The position numbers were made by a program, and so were the translations under genes. The notes beneath the pieces are model-generated. The model worked only from the letters and a program-made list of their open reading frames with translations, was not told the DNA's origin and did no database searches. Of a stretch of 27,675 nt of DNA, positions 20,250 to 27,675 are shown piece after piece. The stretch's first letter is position 1. Every line of letters starts with the position of its first letter. Origin of the DNA: Octopus sinensis (Eukaryota); NCBI RefSeq assembly GCF_006345805.1, contig NW_021833380.1, positions 1-27,675 of the forward strand. The letters run 5' to 3'.

Positions 20250-20450
20250 ATTTGTATTTGAATTGCATTTGCGTAAGGAAACAGGTGAATAAAAGAATCG
20301 TCCGTCAGTTTTTCCGGTCCGTATGGTTTCCTGTTGGCTCTTTGCCTATTTGTCTCGACTTCTTCAGTAATGCTGACACTACGCACCTCATTCTCACATT
20401 CTTCATTATCCAATGCCAGACAATTCGCAATGCTTCCTTGCTACTTGTCA
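20250..20450 (-). pseudogene. Possible ancient LINE RT fragment (region upstream of RT domain 1)
   Basis: Minus frame NEECENEVRSVSITEEVETNRQRANRKPYGPEKLTDDSFIHLF resembles the non-LTR motif IT.EEV...L..L..RKAPGPD.I..E.L.HL; similarity judged by eye only. Confidence 0.4.
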
Positions 20451-20565
20451 AAGAAATATTACTTAAACAGCTTTCGCTGCTTGTCTGTAGAGACTGTGTA
20501 TAGTTTAAATATTCTCGCGTAGCTTTGAGTAATTGCAAATTATATTTAATATGTCTAGTATTGAA

Positions 20566-20762
20566 AAGTGCTGACCTAGCAGAAACGTTAGAACGCCGGG
20601 CGAAATGCTTAGCAGTATTTCGTCTGTCTTTACTTTCTGAGTTCAAATTCCGCTGACATCGACTTTGCTTGTCATCATTTCGGGGTCGATAAACTAAGTA
20701 TCAGTTGTGTACTTAATTTTTCCCTCAAATTTCGGATATTGTGCCTACAGTAGAAAAGAATA
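20566..20762 (+). mobile_element. SINE family B variant with alternative 3' tail
   Basis: B head and body, then ...ccctcaaatttcggatattgtgcctacagtagaaaagaata instead of the standard B tail. Confidence 0.8.
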
Positions 20763-20773
20763 TATTTAGTACA

Positions 20774-20774
20774 G

Positions 20775-20836
<62 letters not shown>

Positions 20837-21249
20837 TGTATGTATGTGTGTGTATATATATATATATCTTAACATGCACACACAAACATGTATTATATAT
20901 ATATATATGTGTGTATGTGTGTGTATATATATATATATCTTAACATGCTCACACAAACATGTATTACATATATATTATTCACATAAAGATGCATGTATAG
21001 TAATATATATATATAGATATATATATATATAATATATATATATATATGTATATATATACAGTTAAATAAGTTACAACATGGTCCGCTTTCTGTTTTTATT
21101 ATTGTATTGAAAAAAATTTTTTAACAATGTTGAAATGTGTTAAACATTAAAAAAACACTTAGTGAAAACCAGACAATGTTGGAACTTTATTCAAGTGATA
21201 TATTATTCTATACACACTTACACAAATTTCTATATATATTATATATATA

Positions 21250-21319
<70 letters not shown>

Positions 21320-21713
21320 CGTGGTAATCACATTCGGTTAAAATGATTTATTGATGTGTTTTGTCTCTCTTTTTCTCCGACGAGATGATTGCATTGTTTT
21401 ACATCATTTTATTCCCTCCGGAATAATACCAATGTTTTCTTCGAAACATATGTCGGAAGTATAAAGATTTGAATAACACCTGCGTTCAACACCATTTATT
21501 AATTTATCTATTAAAACATTTCACTAAACCCTGGAATTTCTACGTTTATAAGTAGGCTGTAGTATACCTGGCACTTACGTGAATTTTTACTGATATGGTA
21601 ACTATTTATTTTTTTTCCTTCTTATTTGCACACATTGAAAAAATACAGAGCATATATATATATATATATATATACATAACATATATATATAATATATATA
21701 TACACACACACAT

Positions 21714-21751
<38 letters not shown>

Positions 21752-21825
21752 TATACATACATATATATATATACACACACACACACACAAATATATATAT
21801 ATATATATATATAATATATATATAG
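20774..21825. repeat. Mosaic of (TA)n/(TATG)n/(CA)n tracts separated by short AT-rich modules
   Basis: Tracts at about 20774-21060, 21230-21320 and 21650-21825; a 71-bp tandem duplication (tcttaacatgc.cacacaaacatgtatta at 20867 and 20938). Confidence 0.9.
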
Positions 21826-21980
21826 TTAATCCAAACAAGAAAGCACAAAAAAAACACAACAACGCGAGGACGAGGAACAAATATATTAACAGTAATGGTA
21901 AGACAACAAAAGGATGAATGAGACTTCGATATTATGAAAATAGAGGAATTTATCTGTAATATAATGTGACAATTGTTCGG

Positions 21981-22062
21981 TTGCCATAATAAGAGTCCGA
22001 GTTTCGAGTTTCGAATGTCGGGACGGAAACCTGCTCCGGCATCTCGTCAGTTATCGAGGCAA
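21981..22062 (-). ncRNA. Type I hammerhead-ribozyme-like motif, probably degenerate in stem III
   Basis: Minus: ttgcc-tc-gataa CTGACGA gatgccgg..ccgacattc GAAAC tcgaaactcgga CTC ttatt-at-ggcaa. The core is intact, stem I has 10 of 12 pairs with an internal loop, stem II starts G-C; the 15.2-16.2 pair is C/C and gaaactc is duplicated. Confidence 0.55.
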
Positions 22063-22261
22063 TATATATATATATATATAAACAGAATTAAATATAATGT
22101 TATGCAACTTCGTAATAATCCTTATTATTATAGTTGTTGATTTGTTAGCACGCTGGACGAAATGCTTAGAGGTATTTAATTATACAAAGTGCTTCTGGGT
22201 AATTTGTATTATATGGAATAGCTTTTTCATAAAAAACACGGTCTTCTTTTAATAAGCTAGA

Positions 22262-22470
22262 GTGGAGAGCTAGCAGAATCGTTAACATTGGCAAAATGCT
22301 TGGCATTTTGTCCATCTTTACGTTCTGAGTTCTGATTACGCCGAGGTCGACATTGCCTTTCAAACTTGCGGAGTCAAGAAAATAAGTAGCAGTTGAACAC
22401 AGGGGGAAATATGATCGACTTATTCTTTTCCCCCGAAATTGCTGGTTTGTGCCAAAATTTGAAACCAATT
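22262..22470 (+). mobile_element. Older SINE family B variant with a third tail type
   Basis: B head and body, then cccccgaaattgctggtttgtgccaaaatttgaaaccaatt; a short B-head fragment also lies at about 22142-22178. Confidence 0.75.
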
Positions 22471-22553
22471 TTCTCCAACTGGTTAAAAACACATTTGATA
22501 TCTCTCTGAGCAGGGAATTAAATCGATATTATTAGTTTCATGACATTTATAAC

Positions 22554-22786
22554 TATTTCTTTACTGCCCACAAGGGGCTAAACACAGAGAGGATAAACAA
22601 GGACAGACAAACGAATTAAGTCGATTATATTTACCCAGTACGTAACTGGTACTTATTAAATCGATTCCGAAAGAATGAAAGGCAAAGTCGACCTCGGCGG
22701 AATTTGAACTCAGAACGTAATGGCAGACGAAATACGGCTACGCATTTCTCCCGGCTTGTTAACGTTTCTGCCAGCTCGCTGCCTTC
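22554..22786 (-). mobile_element. Full-length SINE family B
   Basis: Closely similar to 15501-15734; no clear TSD found. Confidence 0.92.
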
Positions 22787-23123
22787 AAATGGTATAAATA
22801 TCATTTATACCTTCATCAGGGAAAGAATATTACTAAACATGTATTTTGAAGCCTGTGAACCTGTATTCCTGTGTGGAATGAGTAAGTTTTTGTAGTGCAC
22901 ACAATTCCTTTCCATATCATTTAAGATACATTATATCTTACATCTGTGAACAGAAATTCTGCCAGGTTTGATTAGATTAGCATCAAGAAAGTCGCCTGTT
23001 ATTTATTTTATCATTGTTTTTTTTTGTTATTATGAATAAACATCAATATTAATAGCAAATTGATCGAATGCTGCTCATAAAATTATAAAATACTTTGTCG
23101 TTATTACTAGGGAATATAACAAT

Positions 23124-23187
23124 GTGTATGTATGTATTTATGTATGTCTGTATGTGTGTGTGTATATATATCATGTAGGTGTGTACA

Positions 23188-23251
<64 letters not shown>

Positions 23252-23279
23252 GATCTATCTATCTATCGATCTATCTATC

Positions 23280-23343
<64 letters not shown>

Positions 23344-23357
23344 GGTATGTATGTATG

Positions 23358-23410
<53 letters not shown>
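23124..23410. repeat. (TATG)/(TCTA)n/(TA)n compound microsatellite
   Basis: Directly visible. Confidence 0.98.
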
Positions 23411-23412
<2 letters not shown>

Positions 23413-23625
23413 GAAAAATACAAACTAGGACAAGAACGTAAAACATTTAGAAGACGATACAAAAAACACGGACGGAACATTCGAAGCCTTCAATCTTCAG
23501 CCAAGAACCGGATCATCCTCGCAATTTCGGCTGATTAATCTTGAGATCGCTCCGATCCAGCCAGCCCCAAGGAAAAACTAAGTTACGAGCATTAGATTTC
23601 TTGGAAAAAGGATCGAATGTATACG

Positions 23626-23704
23626 AAACAAGGACAGAAAAACGGACGATGCCACACGAATATAAATACATCATGTGGCATCGTCCGTTTTTCTGTCCTT
23701 GTTT
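23626..23704. repeat. Perfect 31-bp inverted repeat with 17-nt loop
   Basis: aaacaaggacagaaaaacggacgatgccaca (23626-23656) is the exact rc of 23674-23704; the right arm runs into a family-B 3' tail ending at 23745. Confidence 0.97.
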
Positions 23705-23745
23705 GTCCCCTCTATGTTTGGCCCCTTTTGGGTAATAAAGAAATA

Positions 23746-23866
23746 CGATTAAGCGCGTTTTTATCTCGTCGTCCCAATCTTTACCGTCTTGATCGAAGAT
23801 TTGTTCATATCTTCTGTAGTATGCCTCAAGGGGAAATTCTTCGTCTGGTTCGTATTTGAGACGGCG
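23746..23866 (-). pseudogene. Short Ty3/Gypsy-type gag-like fragment
   Basis: Minus frame RRLKYEPDEEFPLEAYYRRYEQIFDQDGKDWDDEIKTRLI resembles the N-terminal gag motif F.Y.PE....FE.W..RYE..F..D....DD..K.RLL of K02A2.6-like Gypsy polyproteins; both ends are cut by SINEs. Confidence 0.6.
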
Positions 23867-23867
23867 G

Positions 23868-24241
23868 TCATGCTGGACCACTGCCTTCGAGAACTTTCAG
23901 TTGAATGACTCGAGCTCAGCATTTTTTGTTTAAGCCTGATACTTATTGTATCGGTCTCTTTTGATGAATTGCTAAGTTACGGGACGTAAACAAACTAACA
24001 CCTTTAGTCAAACAGTTGTGGAAGACAAACAGACGCGAAGACACACACACATTAAAGATATATATATATATATATATATAATATATATATATATATATAC
24101 ACGACCGGTTCTTTTCAGTTTCCGTCTACCAAATCCATTCACGAGGCTTTGGTTGGCCCGTGGCTATAGTGGAAGACACTTTCCCAAGGTGCAGCGCAGT
24201 AGGATTGAACTCAGAACCATGTGGTTGGTAAGCAAGATTCT
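23868..24241 (-). mobile_element. SINE family A variant with internal (TA)n
   Basis: Reverse complement of A from tail (cggtcatgctggaccactgcc) to head (ggattgaactcagaaccatgtggttggtaagc). Confidence 0.85.
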
Positions 24242-24249
24242 TGCCTCGT

Positions 24250-24456
24250 GTCTTTACGTCTGTGTTTGTCCCCTCGCCCTCACTTGACAACAGGTGAGGG
24301 TTTGTTTACATCTACATAACCTAGCGGCTCGGAATAAGTACGTGGCTTAACAGAAATACAAGGACTGGCGTCGCTACATTCGACTAAAAAATTCTTCAAC
24401 TCGGTGCCCCAGCATGGCCGCAGTCTAATAGGTGAAACAATACAAAATATAAAAGA
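24250..24456 (+). mobile_element. SINE family A 3' half, diverged
   Basis: tgtgtttgtcccct...cttgacaac...ggtgccccagcatggccgcagtc...gaaacaatacaaaatataaaaga. Confidence 0.75.
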
Positions 24457-24855
24457 CGTGTGAGCATACATGCGCGCGCGCGCGTGTGTGCATGAGCGTG
24501 TGTGTGTGTGTGCGTGTGTGCGTGTGTGTGTGTGTGAGCGCGTGTGTGTGTGAGAGCGTGTGTGCGTGTGTGTGTGTGTGTGAGCGCGTGTAGGTGTGAG
24601 CGTGTGTGTGTGTGTGTGAGCGTGTGTATGTATGTGAGCGTGTGTGTGTGTATGTGACCATGCGTGTGTGTGTGTGTGAGCGTGTGTGTGTGTGTGAGCG
24701 TGTGTGTGTGTGTGAGCGTGTGTGCGTGTGTGTGTGTGTGTGAGCGCGTGTAGGTGTGAGCGTGTGTGTGTGTATGTGACCATGCGTGTGTGTGTGTGAG
24801 CGTGTGTGTGTGTGTGAGCGTGTGTGTGGTGTGTGTGTGTGTGTGTGTGTGTGTA
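24457..24855. repeat. (GT)n microsatellite punctuated by GAGC
   Basis: Directly visible; recurring gagcgtgtgtgtgtgtgt units and a duplicated block (24596-24680 vs 24745-24820). Confidence 0.97.
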
Positions 24856-25075
24856 GCTTTCCTTATATTCCCTAGTAATAACGATAAAATATTTTATAAT
24901 TTTATGAGTAGCTCTTAATCATGTTGATTCATTATTGTAAACAACGATAAAACAAATGACAGGTGACGTTGTTGATATTACTCTAATCAAATCTGAAGAG
25001 AGGTTATGTTTCATAGGCACATGATATTAGCTATCTTAAGTTATATGGAAATGATTGTGTCGGTTAAAATCACCT

Positions 25076-25425
25076 ATACATATATATAATATATATAATA
25101 TAATATATTATATAATATAGTATATATATATATATATATATAGATATATTATATATATGTGTGTATAATATATATATATATATATATATATATTATGTAT
25201 ATATATATATGTATATATATATTATGGTTATATAACATATATATATGTTATATATATAACGGGAGTGTGTGTGTATGTGTGTATGTGTATGAGTATGTGT
25301 GGAGTGGGGGTAGAGTATATGTTTATATATATGTAATATATATATGTATATTATATATACACACACACATATATATATATGTATAAATATATATATATAT
25401 ATGTATATATATGTTTATATATATG

Positions 25426-25457
<32 letters not shown>

Positions 25458-25945
25458 CACACACACACATATATATGTATATATGTATATATACATATAC
25501 ATATATATATACTTACGCATACACACACACTCCACATTCACACAGACAGACTCTCCACACACACACTCTACCCCACTCCACACATACTCATACACATACA
25601 CACATACACACACACTCCACTCACACACTCCATACACCCCCCCACACACGCGCAGACTCACACTCCACACACATTCACTCCACACACACTCAATACAGAC
25701 GCACTCTCCACACACGCATACACATACACAGATACACACACTCCACGCACATACAAAAACATCCCCCCACACACATCACACACACAGAAGCTTGCACTCA
25801 CACAAACACGCTCCACACACACACACACACACAGATCACACCACAAACACTCTCTCACTCACACACACGCACTAACACATACAAACACACAACCACACAC
25901 ACACATACACACAGAGGCATGCAAACACGCAAACACATATTACTA
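25076..25945. repeat. (TA)n then degenerate (CA)n/(CACT) microsatellite field
   Basis: Directly visible. Confidence 0.95.
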
Positions 25946-26078
25946 ACCTTTCTCTTATGAAGGTCAAAGGAATTAGTAACTTGTAACGTCAATGTCACTT
26001 TTCTTGCCCACGGAGATACTAAACATGGATTTTAACCAATTGATTTACAGTTAACAATACGGTTAAAATAGGTTTATT

Positions 26079-26845
26079 ATAGGTGCAAGCGTGGCTGTGT
26101 GGTAAGAAGTCTCCTTCCCAGCCACTTGGTTTCGGATTCAGTCCCACTGCATGACACCATTAGCAAGTGACCTCTACTATAGCTCGGGCCGACTAAAGCC
26201 TTGTGAGTGGATGTGGTACACAGAAACTGAAAGAATCCTGACGTGTGTGTGCATGTGTGTATTTGAGTCCGTGCATGCCATCCGCCACCGTTTGACAACC
26301 GGTGCTGGTGTGTATACGTCACATGGAAAAAAAAACAGAGAATAAGTACACAAACTTAATCTCTCTCTATATAAAACTGAAGTTGACTGAGTATGGCAGG
26401 TTTGGTAGCCTTCAACTAACACTATCTCCTCCGAAACCCTGTGGCACAAGTTGACCAAAATTGAGAGTATGATAGAAGAAGGCTTGCTCTTCCTTCCGTA
26501 GAAGTAAAAATTCAAATCGGACCATTTAACACCAAAAATTATTTACATCAAGAAGGTGCTTTTTTCTATGAGAATCCCTACTTTTTACGATTTTTGACTG
26601 CTGTGTCGTCATTTTTCGGTGTATTTCAACCAGAAAAATGTTCACTTAAAGAGAATAACATGCTACATAATGCAAAACTTTTACTTTTCAAAAATTCTAA
26701 TTCTAAAGGGTCGAAACAAACCCGAGCAACGCCGGGCGATACTGCTAGTAAAATGATAAAACGATGTCGATTTGTTCGATTAGAAGTTTTCAAGGTGGTG
26801 CTCCAGCATTGCCGCAGTATAATGACTGCAGCAACTGAGAGATAA
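26079..26845 (+). mobile_element. SINE family A split by a Helitron (26079-26359 and 26749-26845)
   Basis: Rejoining gives gaataagtacacaaacttaa|taaaatg...gtcgatttgttcgatt...ggtggtgctccagcattgccgcagt, colinear with the A tail. Confidence 0.85.
26360..26748 (+). mobile_element. Complete non-autonomous Helitron (389 bp)
   Basis: A|TC 5' end (TCTCTCTCTATATAAAAC), subterminal hairpin cccgagcaacgccggg (26721-26736), CTAG|T 3' end, A-T target, no TSD: the canonical Helitron hallmarks. Confidence 0.88.
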
Positions 26846-27247
26846 AAATATAAAAAGTAAAAAGGCTTAGTATACATTAGAACTTATCTAGAAAAAACGT
26901 TGGTTAATTGAACCTCAGTTAATTAAATTATCAACGTCTTTCGGGCAAAGACTGGCCAGTTGATTGAATAGATTAAGTGAGTCATAATTTATTGCTCATT
27001 AAGAAAAAAGCAAACAGCTTTAAGCTTGACCGGTGTATTGTTGCTACTGGGATGCAAGCTAGGTAATGATCAATCCATCAACAGCGGCCGGTTCAACTGG
27101 GTGAGAAGGTCTAATGTTGAAAGACCAGAAACCACCTGAGACCCAAGAAACATTGCGGAAGATGTATCCAACAGCATCTGTGTGTTGTATCAGCACAGTT
27201 CAAGGTCAATCTCTGCAAAGGGGCTTCACTCTGCGTGCTTTAGCTTC

Positions 27248-27261
27248 GTTACTATGGCAAC
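27248..27261. promoter_or_regulatory. RFX X-box-like motif GTTACTATGGCAAC
   Basis: Matches the consensus GTHNYY-AT-RRNAAC at all positions; lies in non-repeat, CpG-retaining DNA. Function unproven. Confidence 0.3.
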
Positions 27262-27583
27262 ATTCCGGATACTTATTGATCAGACCGTGCATTTATATTT
27301 ATGTACGCGCACACACACATACACACGTGCGTCATTGTGTACGTGCTTATAGGAGTAAGTTATCGCCTTTCTACTCATAAGTGACATGTCTGAAGGCACG
27401 CGTCTTTTTCCTTCGCATATTTCATGGTTGAATACTCTGGACTTGCGCTGAATTCTAAAGAATTTAATCGCATGTCATTTTCTGGTGGAATGAGGCTGAA
27501 TTCTTACGTAGCTAATTAATCAATGAATTGGATAATTATTAACAATGTTGTTATTTACTCCAACTCCATCATTAAGAATTCGT

Positions 27584-27675
27584 CATCATCGTCCTCCTCC
27601 TCCTCCTCCTTCTCATCATCATCATCATCACCACCATCATCATCAGCATCATCATCGTCGTGCGTCGTCATCATT
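27584..27675. repeat. (TCA)/(TCC)/(TCG) trinucleotide tract to the window end
   Basis: Directly visible. Confidence 0.95.

Noticed and set aside
23513-23881. 122-aa ORF as a gene
   Set aside because: Spans four unrelated pieces (SINE-A tail, gag shard, SINE-B tail/hairpin, TA-anchored module).
26520-26582. gggattctcatag... (minus strand) as a separate DNA-transposon terminus
   Set aside because: It lies inside the Helitron defined by A|TC...CTAG|T ends and has no partner TIR or TSD.

Overview
Repeat-saturated, AT-rich eukaryotic genomic DNA. The SINE and microsatellite repertoire looks like a coleoid cephalopod (Octopus-like); this is an inference from pattern recognition, not a database result. 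I found no prokaryotic operon, CRISPR array or intact RNA gene, and most entries in the ORF track are microsatellite or SINE artefacts. (1) A spliced minus-strand gene, three phase-compatible exons (9545-9634, 5658-5764, 112 to <=1), encodes an unidentified Lys-rich protein and is not assembled by the ORF track. (2) Three tRNA-derived SINE families are present (here A, B, D). (3) There are several 5'-truncated RTE-clade LINE ends, one with an 11-bp TSD. (4) A decayed maT/DD37D-like mariner carries a SINE inserted with a 19-bp TSD. (5) A complete non-autonomous Helitron sits inside a SINE. (6) A 419-bp MITE sits inside a dimeric minisatellite apparently built from a mariner TIR. (7) A 338-bp near-perfect foldback lies in an intron. 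(8) Degenerate hammerhead-ribozyme-like motifs occur in short modules abutting (TA)n arrays (Penelope/retrozyme-like). CpG density rises sharply at about 12.4 kb, suggesting a methylation or gene boundary. I cannot claim a new biological system; the hammerhead modules, the TIR-derived array and the intronic foldback are the best leads.
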